A stretch of DNA of 64,000 nt from Pseudomonadota bacterium (GCA_021325025.1 JAJPHZ010000022.1:74646-138645); one strand, 5' to 3'; numbered from the stretch's first letter, positions 1 to 9,431 are shown. The notes: a model not told the origin generated them from the letters alone. Numbers and translations are program-made.

Positions 1-9
1 GGTGCCTCG

Positions 10-564
10 ATGACGATCTCGAGCACACCGGGCAAAGGTTCGGTGTTCACCGTCATCTTCCCGCCCTCGATGGAGGTGCATTGGGAACCGCGGCGCGCCG
101 CCCAGGCCGCGGCCTCCGCAGCGCCGCCGGCGCCGCCGGCGGAAGCGGCGGAGCCAATGCGTGCTGGCACGCCGCGCCCGACCGTGCTGGTGGTCGAAGA
201 CCAGCCCGATCAAGCCCTGTTCATGCGCGCGCTGCTGGAAGGTAAGTACCACGTGGAGATCGCGGCCAACGCGCGGGAGGCGATGGCGCTGCTGGAGCAA
301 CTGGATAAAACGAACCTCCTGATCCTGATGGATCTCTCGCTCAGCGGCGGGGAGGACGGACTGAGCCTGACCCGGCGCATCCGGGCTGATGCCCGGCTGC
401 GCCATATCCCGATTGTGGTCGCCACCGCGCATGCCTTCGAACAGGACCGCGAACGCGCGCTCAGCGCCGGATGCAGCGCCTATCTGGTCAAGCCGCTGGA
501 CGCCGGTCAGTTGCTGACCACGCTCCAAGAGCTGGCCGGTCAAGCTCATCAGGTCAGCGGTTAG
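10..564 (+). CDS. 5'-truncated hybrid sensor histidine kinase: C-terminal HATPase end followed by a fused REC receiver domain
   Basis: The ORF runs in from the window edge. It has receiver-domain hallmarks (VLVVEDQPD...LILMDLSLSGGEDGL...IPIVVATAHA...KPLD) preceded by the tail of a kinase ATPase domain (GKGSVFTVIFP). Confidence 0.7.
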   Translation: MTISSTPGKGSVFTVIFPPSMEVHWEPRRAAQAAASAAPPAPPAEAAEPMRAGTPRPTVLVVEDQPDQALFMRALLEGKYHVEIAANAREAMALLEQLDKTNLLILMDLSLSGGEDGLSLTRRIRADARLRHIPIVVATAHAFEQDRERALSAGCSAYLVKPLDAGQLLTTLQELAGQAHQVSG

Positions 565-586
565 CGCGATGCCGGGGAGCAGGACA

Positions 587-1399
587 ATGAGAATGAGCGA
601 AAACTTCGTGGCAGCGTGGGCTGTGGCCGCAGGCCTGATGCTGGCCGGATGCGCGCCGGTTGCCACCAACGAGGGCGCCGAGCAATGGCGGCCGGTCTCC
701 GCCATGGCGGGCACCAGTCCGCAACTGGCGCAAAGCGAAGGCCGCCTGGCAAGGCAATGCGGCGGCGCGAATGGCGCGCGCGAGTACACCAACGCCACGC
801 TCGGCGAAGAGCGCACCGTCTACCGCATCCAGCGCGGCGACAAGCTGCATTTGACTTTCTACCGCAACGGCGAGTTGGACCGTTACGTCGTGGTGCGCCC
901 CGACGGCCGCTTTACGATTGAGCCGTTCGGCGACGTTTTGGCGGCCGGGCTTACGCCGGCGCAACTGGCGCAAAAGCTCGACGCCATCTTCTCCGAGGCG
1001 CTGTATGAGCCGAGCGCGGCAGTCAGCGTCATCGACAGTCCCTTCCGCAAGGTCTTTGTCGGCGGGCAGGTCAATTACCCCGGAGCGGTCAATCTGCGGC
1101 CGGGCATGACCGCCACGCAGGCGATTATCTCTACCGGATGGTTTCGCGATGATGCGCGCTACGACCAGATCGTGCTGATCCGGCGCGACGCCTGCGGAGA
1201 GGCCTACGGCACCTTTATTCAGGTGGCCAAGGCGGTGGCGCAGGCATCGGACAATCACCTGCAGGACGTGGCGCTGCTGCCCAACGACATCATCGTGGTG
1301 CCGCGCACCACGATCGGCAACCTCAACCTGTTCGTCAAGCAATACATCCGGGGCATGCTGCCGATGGAGCCCTATCTGAGCCTGGGGCCGCCGCTGTAA
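587..1399 (+). CDS. Wza-like polysaccharide export outer-membrane lipoprotein (Poly_export + SLBB domains)
   Basis: Lipobox LAGC after a signal peptide. Poly_export-type motifs are present (YRIQRGDKLHLTFY, PDGRFTIEPFGDV) followed by an SLBB-like segment (VFVGGQVNYPGAVNLRPGMTATQAI). A GGGGAG RBS sits 7 nt before ATG 587. Alternative starts are 569 and 593. Confidence 0.8.
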   Translation: MRMSENFVAAWAVAAGLMLAGCAPVATNEGAEQWRPVSAMAGTSPQLAQSEGRLARQCGGANGAREYTNATLGEERTVYRIQRGDKLHLTFYRNGELDRYVVVRPDGRFTIEPFGDVLAAGLTPAQLAQKLDAIFSEALYEPSAAVSVIDSPFRKVFVGGQVNYPGAVNLRPGMTATQAIISTGWFRDDARYDQIVLIRRDACGEAYGTFIQVAKAVAQASDNHLQDVALLPNDIIVVPRTTIGNLNLFVKQYIRGMLPMEPYLSLGPPL

Positions 1400-1423
1400 G
1401 CGCTGCGCTGACAAGGGGGGAAC

Positions 1424-2956
1424 ATGAAACATCACGAGCCCGCGGTTTGGCTGGAGACGATTTGGCGCCGGCGCCGCCCCGCCGCCTGGACGGCGGCGGG
1501 GCTGTTCGCGCTGATCGCGGCCGGCACCTTTGCATATCCGCCGATTTATGAATCCAGCGCGCGGGTTCTGGTCTCGCCCAACCGCGCCCACTATATCGTA
1601 TCGCCCGCCCTGCAATCGGCCAGCGACCCTAACGCGCCGGTGGTCAACGACCGCGAGATCGGCGAGCAGGACCTCAACTCCGAAATGGAGCTGATCACCC
1701 AGCGCCGCCTGATCGAGCAGGCTCTGGCGGATATGGCGGGGCGCGAGCCGGCGCCCAGCCTGCTCGGCCGCGCGCTCAACGCGCTGGCCGGCCTGCCGGT
1801 CGAGCTCAGCGCGATGCTGCACGGCGCGCCGCGGCCGACCGCGCTGCAGCGCCGGGCGCGGGCGGCGGAACGGCGCCTGTCGGCCAGCGTGATTCGCAAG
1901 TCCGATCTGCTGGAAGTCTCCTTCCGCTCGCGCCATCCGCAGTGGAGCCGCGAGTTCCTGTCCGCGCTGCTCAAGCGCTACTTCGAACTGCACGCGCAAA
2001 TCGTGCACGACGCGCGCTCCGAGCGCTTCTTCGAGCAGCAGATCCTGCGCCGCCGCCAGGCCCTGCACGCCGCCGAAGACCATCTGCGCGCCGTGCGCGA
2101 GCAGACCGGCATCCTGAGTCTTGCCGATCAGAGTGAAGCGATTGTCTACCAATTGTCGGGGTTTCAGGCCGAGTATCGCAAAAATCACAGCCGCCTGGAC
2201 GGCGTCAACCGCCAAATCGCGGCGCTGGAGGAAGGACTCAAGCAGTCGCCGATGCGTCTGCTCAAGGAGGTCAAGAGCGCGCCCAACCCGGCTTATGAGG
2301 CGCTCAAACCCAAGGTGCTGGCGCTCCAACTCAATCGCGACGACGTGCTGCGGCGCTATCGCCCCTCCAGCAAGCTGGCGCGCGAGGTAACCCAACAGAC
2401 TGCCAACGCCCAGAGTGTGCTGGAGCAGGAAGATTATCCCAAGGTGATCGAGCGGCTGAGCGACCTCAGTCCGATATGGCTGGGGCTCGCCTCCAATCTG
2501 GCGCAGGCGCGCGTGACCGCGGCGGCGCTGGCGCAAAGCCAGCGCACGCTGGCGGCCGAAATACAGACCTATCAAGCCGAACTGCAGCGTCTGACCAATG
2601 ACGGAGTGGAAGTGGAGCGGGCTGTGCGCGAGGTGGAGGCGGGCAATGAGGCGTATCTCTCCTACCTGCGCAAGGGCGAGCAGGCGCGCGCCGAGCTGCA
2701 ATTGAACGAAAGCCGAATCATGAACGTGGTGTTGGCGATGCCGCCCACCGAACCCATCGAACCGCGGTTTCCCCGTGCCGACCTCAACCTCGCCGCCGGC
2801 CTGGTGTTGGCGCTGTTTGCGGGTCTGGCCGCGGCGTGGTGGGAGGAGCGCCGCGATCCCACCATTTACTCGGCCGCGGCCATTGCAGAATCCGCGCCGG
2901 CGCCGGTTGTCGCGGTGCTGCGCGCGTGCGCGAAACCGGGCGCCGCCGGCGCCTGA
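1424..2956 (+). CDS. Polysaccharide co-polymerase / chain-length determinant (Wzz/GumC-like, PCP family, no kinase domain)
   Basis: N-terminal TM helix, a Wzz-like motif (PPIYESSARVLV), a long coiled-coil periplasmic region and a C-terminal TM helix (LNLAAGLVLALFAGLAAAWWEERRDP). A GGGGGGA RBS precedes the ATG. Confidence 0.75.
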   Translation: MKHHEPAVWLETIWRRRRPAAWTAAGLFALIAAGTFAYPPIYESSARVLVSPNRAHYIVSPALQSASDPNAPVVNDREIGEQDLNSEMELITQRRLIEQALADMAGREPAPSLLGRALNALAGLPVELSAMLHGAPRPTALQRRARAAERRLSASVIRKSDLLEVSFRSRHPQWSREFLSALLKRYFELHAQIVHDARSERFFEQQILRRRQALHAAEDHLRAVREQTGILSLADQSEAIVYQLSGFQAEYRKNHSRLDGVNRQIAALEEGLKQSPMRLLKEVKSAPNPAYEALKPKVLALQLNRDDVLRRYRPSSKLAREVTQQTANAQSVLEQEDYPKVIERLSDLSPIWLGLASNLAQARVTAAALAQSQRTLAAEIQTYQAELQRLTNDGVEVERAVREVEAGNEAYLSYLRKGEQARAELQLNESRIMNVVLAMPPTEPIEPRFPRADLNLAAGLVLALFAGLAAAWWEERRDPTIYSAAAIAESAPAPVVAVLRACAKPGAAGA

Positions 2957-2967
2957 GAAGCAAGGAG

Positions 2968-3687
2968 ATGAAAGTGCCCGACACTGCACAGGTAGCAGGC
3001 GCGCCGCAACCCGCACCGACGGCCGCCGCCATCCAGGGGGCGCCGGTCGCTGAACCGGCAATGCTCATGGTGCGCAGCGCAGGAATCCGGATGCTGACCG
3101 AACCGATCGCGGCGGCGGCCCGCCTGACGGGCCATACACGGGTCCTGATCGCCGCCTGCCGCCCCGGCGACGGCGCATCGACGGTAGCCGGCGCCCTGGC
3201 CCTGGACCTGGCGAGCCGACTCGGCATCGACACGCTGCTGGTTACCGCCGACGGCGCCGGTGCTGAAAGCCCGGCCGCCGGCAATGGCCGTCCGGTGCGG
3301 ACCAACCAAACCGGTGTGCCGCATCTGTGGCTCGCGCGCTGTACCAGATCCGGCGAGCCGGCGCGCGGCGGCGCGGCTGACGGCGAGCGTGCCGAGCGCG
3401 ACGCCGTCGTCGAGGAGCTGCGTGCGATCATCGGGCGTTATCGCGCCGCAATCATCGACCTCGGCGTGGTGCGCCTGGATGCACGCATGCTGGCGCTGGC
3501 GCGTCCCGAAGATCCGGTACTGGTGGTGGCGCGCTACGGATGCACGCAGCGCGAGGAACTGGCCGCCACACTGGCCGTAATCAACGTGGCCAACGCCAAA
3601 AGCGCCGGCGTGATTCTCAACGGCTACGAAAGTCCGGCCGCCGATCGGCTGCCGTGGATTTCGCATCCGGAGCACGAAGGGCGATGA
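2968..3687 (+). CDS. Degenerate BY-kinase/MinD-like P-loop protein (predicted pseudo-kinase partner of the PCP)
   Basis: AAGGAG RBS 2962-2967 then ATG 2968. A Walker-A-like segment (VLIAACRPGDGASTVAGALALDLA) resembles BY-kinase SxxGEGKST but lacks the Lys. The Walker-B-like segment (AAIIDLGVV) lacks the DxPP signature. Confidence 0.55.
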   Translation: MKVPDTAQVAGAPQPAPTAAAIQGAPVAEPAMLMVRSAGIRMLTEPIAAAARLTGHTRVLIAACRPGDGASTVAGALALDLASRLGIDTLLVTADGAGAESPAAGNGRPVRTNQTGVPHLWLARCTRSGEPARGGAADGERAERDAVVEELRAIIGRYRAAIIDLGVVRLDARMLALARPEDPVLVVARYGCTQREELAATLAVINVANAKSAGVILNGYESPAADRLPWISHPEHEGR

Positions 3688-4760
3688 ATCGGTCCGACAT
3701 CGGCGGCGATGGCCCGCCGGTCACAGCGCGCCGGCTGCGCGGAGTAGCAGTGGTGGGACTTGGTTACTGGGGACCCAACTGGGTGCGCAATCTGCAAGCC
3801 AGCGGGGTTTGCGATCGGATCGTAGCCTGCGACCTCGACGCCGCGCGCCGCCGCCACGTGGAACGGCTTTACCCGGGGGTGCGCACCTTCTCCAGTATCG
3901 ATCCGATCCTGGCCGACCCCGAAATCGAAGCGGTTATCATCGCCACTCCGGTGCACACCCATTGGGAGCTGGGGCGCCGATGCCTTGGGGCGGACAAATC
4001 GCTGCTGGTGGAAAAGCCACTGGCCTCCTCGGTCAAGCAGTGTGCGGAGCTGATCGAGATGGCGGCGGCGCGTGGTCTGGTGCTGATGGTCGGCCACACC
4101 TTCGAGTACAGCGCCTCGGTCATCAAGCTGTGCGAAATCGTCAATGCCGGCGAACTGGGCGAGATTTTCTACATCAGCTCCATCCGCACCAACCTGGGTC
4201 TGCTCCAGCAGGACATCAACGTGGTGTGGGACCTGGCGCCGCACGACATCTCGATCATCCTGGCGATTTTGGGCCGCGCCCCCGAATCGGTGAACTGCCA
4301 GGGGCGCAGCCACTACAACCCCGGCATCGAGGACGTCGCGATGCTGACCATGAGCTTTTCGGGCAACGTGATCGCCTTTGTGCATGTCAGTTGGCTGGAT
4401 CCCAACAAGATTCGCCGCATCACCGTGGTCGGTTCGCGCAAGATGCTGATCTACGACGACATCGCCTACCAGGAGCCGATCCGCATTTATGACAAGGGCG
4501 TCAGCGTGCTGCCCTACTACGACACCTTCGGCGAGTTCCGCTTCACCTACCGCTACGGCGACATTCTGGCGCCGCGGGTGGCGGAGGCCGAACCGCTCAA
4601 GGCCGAAACCGAGCACTTTATCGATTGCGTGCTGAACAAGCGCCGGCCGCGCAGCGACGGATTAAGCGGCCTGCGCGTGGTCAGCGTGCTGGAGGGGGCC
4701 GACGCCTCGCTGCGCCGCGACGGCGCGCTGGTGCCGGTCAAATACGCGGTGGCGAAATGA
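3684..4760 (+). CDS. Gfo/Idh/MocA-family NAD-dependent sugar-nucleotide dehydrogenase (WbpB/WlbA-like UDP-GlcNAcA 3-dehydrogenase)
   Basis: Rossmann motif VAVVGLGYWGPNWVRNL and Gfo/Idh/MocA core (EKPLASSVKQCAELIEMAAARGLVLMVGHTFEY). The ATGA start/stop overlaps the upstream gene. Confidence 0.75.
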   Translation: MNRSDIGGDGPPVTARRLRGVAVVGLGYWGPNWVRNLQASGVCDRIVACDLDAARRRHVERLYPGVRTFSSIDPILADPEIEAVIIATPVHTHWELGRRCLGADKSLLVEKPLASSVKQCAELIEMAAARGLVLMVGHTFEYSASVIKLCEIVNAGELGEIFYISSIRTNLGLLQQDINVVWDLAPHDISIILAILGRAPESVNCQGRSHYNPGIEDVAMLTMSFSGNVIAFVHVSWLDPNKIRRITVVGSRKMLIYDDIAYQEPIRIYDKGVSVLPYYDTFGEFRFTYRYGDILAPRVAEAEPLKAETEHFIDCVLNKRRPRSDGLSGLRVVSVLEGADASLRRDGALVPVKYAVAK

Positions 4761-5257
4761 GCAATTCCTCTCTGCCGCCCAATGTCGTGGTGGCGCCCGA
4801 TGTCAAGCTGGGCCGCGGCGTCAGGCTGTCGCCCTTCGTCAACCTCTACGGCTGCTCGATCGGCGAGGAGACCACCATCGGGGCGTTTGTCGAAATCCAG
4901 CGCGGCGCCAGGATCGGGCGGCGCTGCAAGATCTCCAGCCATAGCTTTGTGTGCGACGGCGTGGAAATCGAGGACGAAGTCTTCGTCGGCCACGGCGTGG
5001 TTTTCATCAACGATCGCTATCCGCGCGCCACCAACCCGGACGGCTCGCTCAAAAGCGCGGGGGACTGGGCGATGGAACGGACCGTGGTGCGCCGGCGCGC
5101 GGCGATCGGCAGCGGCGCCGTGATCATGTGCGGAGTTGAAATCGGCGAGGGCGCGTTGGTGGGAGCGGGCGCGCTGGTCACGCGCAACGTCGCGCCCGGA
5201 GCGCTGGTGGCGGGAAATGCCAGCCGTCACTACGCCGGTGTGGCACCCCGGGATTAG
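4757..5257 (+). CDS. Left-handed beta-helix (hexapeptide-repeat) N-acetyltransferase, WbpD-like
   Basis: Repeated hexapeptide [LIV]-G-x-x-x-x units (VKLGRGVRLSPFVNLYGCSIGEETTIGAFVEIQRGARIG...). Its position between the WbpB-like and WbpE-like genes fits. ATGA overlap with the upstream stop. Confidence 0.75.
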   Translation: MSNSSLPPNVVVAPDVKLGRGVRLSPFVNLYGCSIGEETTIGAFVEIQRGARIGRRCKISSHSFVCDGVEIEDEVFVGHGVVFINDRYPRATNPDGSLKSAGDWAMERTVVRRRAAIGSGAVIMCGVEIGEGALVGAGALVTRNVAPGALVAGNASRHYAGVAPRD

Positions 5258-5265
5258 GTCGGCAT

Positions 5266-6396
5266 ATGAGTATCAAATTTCTGGATCTGGCGGCGCAAAA
5301 TCGCGAAATCGCCCAGCGTGCCGCCCGCGAGTTGGAGGCGCTGCACGCCGCGACCAGTTACGTGGGCGGTCCGGCGCTGGCCGCGTTCGAGCGGGAGTTC
5401 GCCGCCTACCTCGGGGTCAAGTACGTCGTCGGCGTCGGCAGCGGCAGCGACGCCCTGCGCCTGGCGCTGCTCGCACTGGGTATCGGCCCGGGCGATGGCG
5501 TGATCACGGTGCCGATGACCTTCATTGCCACCGCGGCGGCCATCGTGCAGGCGGGCGCGGTGCCCGAATTCGTCGACGTCGATCCCTCGACCTGCAACCT
5601 CAGTCCCGACCATCTGTGCCGCTACCTGGAGGCGGGGCGCTTCCGGTCGCCCAACGGACCACGCGCCGTAATCCCGGTGGACCTCTACGGGCTGCCCTGC
5701 GCGATGGACCAGGTCGCCGCGATCGCGCACCAGTATAAACTGCTGGTAGTCGAAGATGCCTGTCAGGCGCATGGTGCGCGGCTGTCAGTAGGGGGCCGAT
5801 GGGTCCGGGCGGGCACGCTCGCCGACGCCGGCTGCTTCAGCTTCTATCCGGCCAAGAACCTGGGCTGCTGGGGCCAGGGCGGTGCGCTTGCCACCAACGA
5901 CGAACGGCTGGCCGCGGTCGCGGCGCGGCTGGCCGACCACGGCCGCACGTCCCATTATGGACACGAGGCTTACGGCTACAACGCCCGGCTCGACACGCTC
6001 CAGGCGGCGGTGCTGCGCGCCAAGCTGGAGCATCTGGAGGACTGGAACCGGCGCCGGCGCGCGATTGCCGCGCGCTACCGCGAACTGCTCAACGGCTGCG
6101 GCGCGCTGCTGCCCGAGGAACCGGCAGGATTGGAATCCTGCTACCATCTGTTCACCATCCGCAGCGCCCGGCGCGACGCCATCCGCGCGGCGCTCAACGC
6201 GGCCGCAATCGGCAACGGCATCCATTATCCGCTCCCGCTCCACCTGCAGCCGGCCTGCGCCGCGCTGGGTTATCGGCCGGGCGATTTTCCCGCCAGCGAA
6301 CGCATCGCCGAAACCACCCTGTCGCTGCCGATGCATCCGCATCTGACCGACGACGAGGTCGCAACCGTCGCCGCAGTGGTACGCGGCGCGTTGTAG
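5266..6396 (+). CDS. DegT/DnrJ/EryC1/StrS-family PLP-dependent sugar aminotransferase (WbpE-like)
   Basis: Family-typical N-terminus (ELEALHAATSYVGGPALAAFEREFAAYLGVKYVVGVGSGSDALRLAL) and length of about 375 aa. Confidence 0.8.
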   Translation: MSIKFLDLAAQNREIAQRAARELEALHAATSYVGGPALAAFEREFAAYLGVKYVVGVGSGSDALRLALLALGIGPGDGVITVPMTFIATAAAIVQAGAVPEFVDVDPSTCNLSPDHLCRYLEAGRFRSPNGPRAVIPVDLYGLPCAMDQVAAIAHQYKLLVVEDACQAHGARLSVGGRWVRAGTLADAGCFSFYPAKNLGCWGQGGALATNDERLAAVAARLADHGRTSHYGHEAYGYNARLDTLQAAVLRAKLEHLEDWNRRRRAIAARYRELLNGCGALLPEEPAGLESCYHLFTIRSARRDAIRAALNAAAIGNGIHYPLPLHLQPACAALGYRPGDFPASERIAETTLSLPMHPHLTDDEVATVAAVVRGAL

Positions 6397-6407
6397 GAGG
6401 GGCGGCG

Positions 6408-7064
6408 ATGGCGGCTAGCGCGACGCGCTCGGACCTGCGCGCCTTTAATCCAGTGCGCAAGCGGGTTCTGGACCTGGTGCTGCTGGTCCCAATCCTGCTG
6501 GTGGCCGGGCCGCTGATGGCGCTGGTGGCGCTGGCGATTTGGCTGTGCGACGGCCGCCCGATTCTGTTTCGCCAGGTGCGCCTGGGAATGGGTGGACGGC
6601 CGTTTGAAATGCTCAAGTTCCGCACCATGCGTCCGGCCAGCGACGCGGCCCATCGCGAGTACGCCGCCCGATGGATCGAACAAGGCCGCCCATTCAGCGA
6701 CGGAGATGGCGCGGTCTACAAAATGGCGGACGATCCGCGCATCACACGCCTGGGCGCCATCCTGCGCCGCTTCAGCCTGGACGAACTGCCCCAGCTCATC
6801 AACGTCGTGCGCGGCGAGATGAGTCTCATCGGGCCGCGGCCGGCGATTCCTTACGAAGTCGAGCATTACCAGCCCTGGCATCGCCGCCGCCTGGAGGCGC
6901 CGCCGGGGCTGACCGGGCTGTGGCAGGTAAGCGGACGCAACCGGCTGTCGTTCGACGAGATGGTACGCCTGGACATCGACTACATCGATCACTGGTCGGT
7001 GGCGCGCGACCTGGCCATCCTGGCGCGAACGCCACGCGCGGTTCTTGCGGGAGAAGGGCGATGA
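6408..7064 (+). CDS. Small bacterial sugar transferase (polyprenyl-phosphate phosphoglycosyltransferase, PglC/EpsL-like)
   Basis: AGGAGGGG RBS then ATG 6408. One N-terminal TM helix followed by the Bac_transf core ([24 protein letters not shown]...[21 protein letters not shown]). Confidence 0.8.
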   Translation: MAASATRSDLRAFNPVRKRVLDLVLLVPILLVAGPLMALVALAIWLCDGRPILFRQVRLGMGGRPFEMLKFRTMRPASDAAHREYAARWIEQGRPFSDGDGAVYKMADDPRITRLGAILRRFSLDELPQLINVVRGEMSLIGPRPAIPYEVEHYQPWHRRRLEAPPGLTGLWQVSGRNRLSFDEMVRLDIDYIDHWSVARDLAILARTPRAVLAGEGR

Positions 7065-8560
7065 AACGGGAGGCCGCGCATGCTCCTCGCGCCCAGGCCG
7101 ACGACCGCCGGCTGTGGCGGGCATTCGCCCGCAGCGTGCTGTTCAACGTGCAGGCCGAGTTGGTTGCCAACCTGATTCGGGTGGGCGGCGTGATTTTTCT
7201 GGCGCGCGCCCTGGAGCCGCGCGACTTCGGCCTGCTGCGCATCCTGATCGTGCTCGGCGCGATCGCCGCGCTGATCGGCACCGCCGGGTTTCCCGAAGCG
7301 GTCATCCAGCGCAAGGAACTGTCGGGCGAGCATCAGACCACCGCCTGCTACCTGACCGCGGCGTGCGCCGGCGCGGTCGCCGCGATGCTGTTCGCCGCTG
7401 CGCCGCTGATTGAACGGCTGATGGCGATGGGGCATCTGGGTGCGATGATTCGCCTGCTGTGCGTGCCGATCTTTGTCGAAGGCACCTCGGCAATCCCCAA
7501 CGCCATCCTGCAACGCGCGCTTCGCTACGACGCGCTGGCCGCCGCCGACATCATCGCGGAGGGCGGTTTCGTCGCCGCCGCCGTCGCGTTGATTTACCTG
7601 GGGTTGCCCCGCCTCAGCCTGCCCGGCGGTCTGGGTGCACGCGCCCTGCTGCGCGGCGTCGCGATCTGGGCCGCGGCACGATTTGTTCCACGCGGCGCGC
7701 CCAGCCTGGGCGCCGCGCGCGAGCTATGGCCGTTTGCGGTCAGTGTGCTGGGCGGACAGACCCTGGTGATCCTGTCGCAAAACGCGGACTACGTGATGGT
7801 TGGACGGCTGCTGGGCGGCCGCGCGCTGGGCTTCTACGGCATGGCCTGGGACCTGCTGCGTTTCATCCCCGAACGCCTGTACCGGGTGGTAGGCCGCGTC
7901 ACACTGCCCGCCTTCAGCGCCATCTAGGAGCGGCAAAGCGAGCTGGCGCGCAGCTATCGCGCACTGATCGCGATGGTCGGGCGGATGCTGCTGCCGGCGA
8001 TGGCGCTGCTGGCGATCGCGGCTCCCAAACTGATTGTTACGATCTACGGGACAAAGTGGATGCCCGCCGCGCTGCCGCTGCGGCTGCTCACACCCGGACT
8101 GGCGCTGATCGGACTGCGCCTGGCGATCGGCTCCATCTACTATGCGCGCGGCTTTCCCGCCACCGACATTTTCGTCCACGGCCTGCGGTTGATCGCAATC
8201 GTGGCGGCGGTGGGGCTGACGGCGCCGCTGGGATTGGCGGCGGTGTGCGCCGCGATGAGCGCGGTGGAAGGCGCCGTGAGCGTGGCCGGGCAGTGGATCG
8301 TCTGCCGCATGATCAGGCTGGGTGCGTTGACCTTGGCCGCCGCCACCCTGCCGGGATTGTACAGCGCGGTGCTGTGTTCGGTGGTTGCGCTGGCCGGTGC
8401 GGCGCTGGCGGCGTGGCTGGCGGTGGCGGCGTGGCTGGCGCTGCTGGTGATGCTGGCGCCGGCGGGAGCCGCGTGGTGCTGGCGCGAACGCGCCACCGTG
8501 CGCGTGCTGTTGGGCGGCACGGACTTGCTCTCCAGCGCCGCCGAAGCGATGGGAGGATAA
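7061..8560 (+). pseudogene. Wzx-type polysaccharide flippase (MOP superfamily) interrupted by an in-frame TAG at 7925-7927
   Basis: ORFs 7061..7927 and 7973..8560 are in the same frame (both coordinate mod 3 = 2). Together they read as one typical 12-TM Wzx (...LPAFSAI*ERQSELARSYRALIAMVGRMLLPAMALLAIAAPKLIVTIYGTKWMPA...). TAG is used as a genuine stop elsewhere in this window (6394-6396). Confidence 0.55.
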
Positions 8561-8563
8561 CGC

Positions 8564-9427
8564 GTGACGCCACGCTATCTTGCCATCACTCCGGCGCGCG
8601 ATGAGCAACGCTTCCTGCCCGGACTGATCGCCAGCATGCGCGCGCAAACCATCGCACCGCAGCGCTGGATCATCATCGACGACGCCTCCACCGATTGCAC
8701 CGGCGCCATCATCGACGAGGCCGCCCGCACAACGCCGTGGATTGAGCCGCATCATCTGAAATCGGATCGCCCGCGCCAGGCCGGCGGCGAATCGGTAATC
8801 ATGCGCTTTCTTACCCGCGATCGATGGCAGGACATGGACTTCATCTTCCGCCTCGACGCCGACTTGAGTTTCGGTCCCGACCTGGTCGCGTTGCTGCTTG
8901 CCGAATTTGAGCGCGACCCGCGCCTGGGCATCGCCAGCCCGATCCTGGCCGAGCCGGCCGGTGGCGGAAGATGGAAGGATGTTGCGCTGCGTCCGATGCA
9001 CACCCGAGGGGCGGCCAAGATGTACTCGCGCGCGTGCTTTGAAGTGGTGGGAAAGCTCGAACCCGAGCTGGGTTGGGACGTGATTGACGGGGTGCGAGCC
9101 CAGATGGCGGGGTTCAGGACGCGCACCTTTTCTCATATCCGCTGCTTTCACCATCGGCCGCAAGGCTCCGCCGGCGGCCGGCTGCGCGGGCACTACGCGC
9201 TGGGCCGCTCCGCCTGGTACGTGGGCTATTCGCCGCTGTTCCTGCTGGCCGCAGCCCTGCGGCGCATCGCTGAGCCGCCCTTCGCGTTGGGCTCGCTGAT
9301 GATTATCGCCGGATACCTGGAGGGTCTGGTGAAACGCCGTCCGCGCGTGGACGATCCCGACCTGATCAGGTTTGTACGCCGCCAACAGCGCCGGCGCCTG
9401 CTGCTGATGGACTCGCTGTGGAGCTGA
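8564..9427 (+). CDS. Family 2 glycosyltransferase
   Basis: GT-A N-terminus (LAITPARDEQRFLPGLIASMRAQTIAPQRWIIIDDASTD). GGGAGGA RBS then GTG start at 8564. Confidence 0.7.
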   Translation: MTPRYLAITPARDEQRFLPGLIASMRAQTIAPQRWIIIDDASTDCTGAIIDEAARTTPWIEPHHLKSDRPRQAGGESVIMRFLTRDRWQDMDFIFRLDADLSFGPDLVALLLAEFERDPRLGIASPILAEPAGGGRWKDVALRPMHTRGAAKMYSRACFEVVGKLEPELGWDVIDGVRAQMAGFRTRTFSHIRCFHHRPQGSAGGRLRGHYALGRSAWYVGYSPLFLLAAALRRIAEPPFALGSLMIIAGYLEGLVKRRPRVDDPDLIRFVRRQQRRRLLLMDSLWS

Positions 9428-9431
9428 GCTT

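Noticed and set aside
3624-4616. 330-aa minus-strand ORF antisense to the WbpB-like gene
   Set aside because: It lies fully inside a confidently assigned + strand gene. It is Arg/Gly/Val-rich low-complexity, typical of spurious antisense ORFs in high-GC DNA.
7724-9385. 553-aa minus-strand ORF overlapping the Wzx and GT2 genes
   Set aside because: It is antisense to two recognisable genes, extremely Arg/Gln/His/Gly-rich, with no domain signature. A high-GC artefact.
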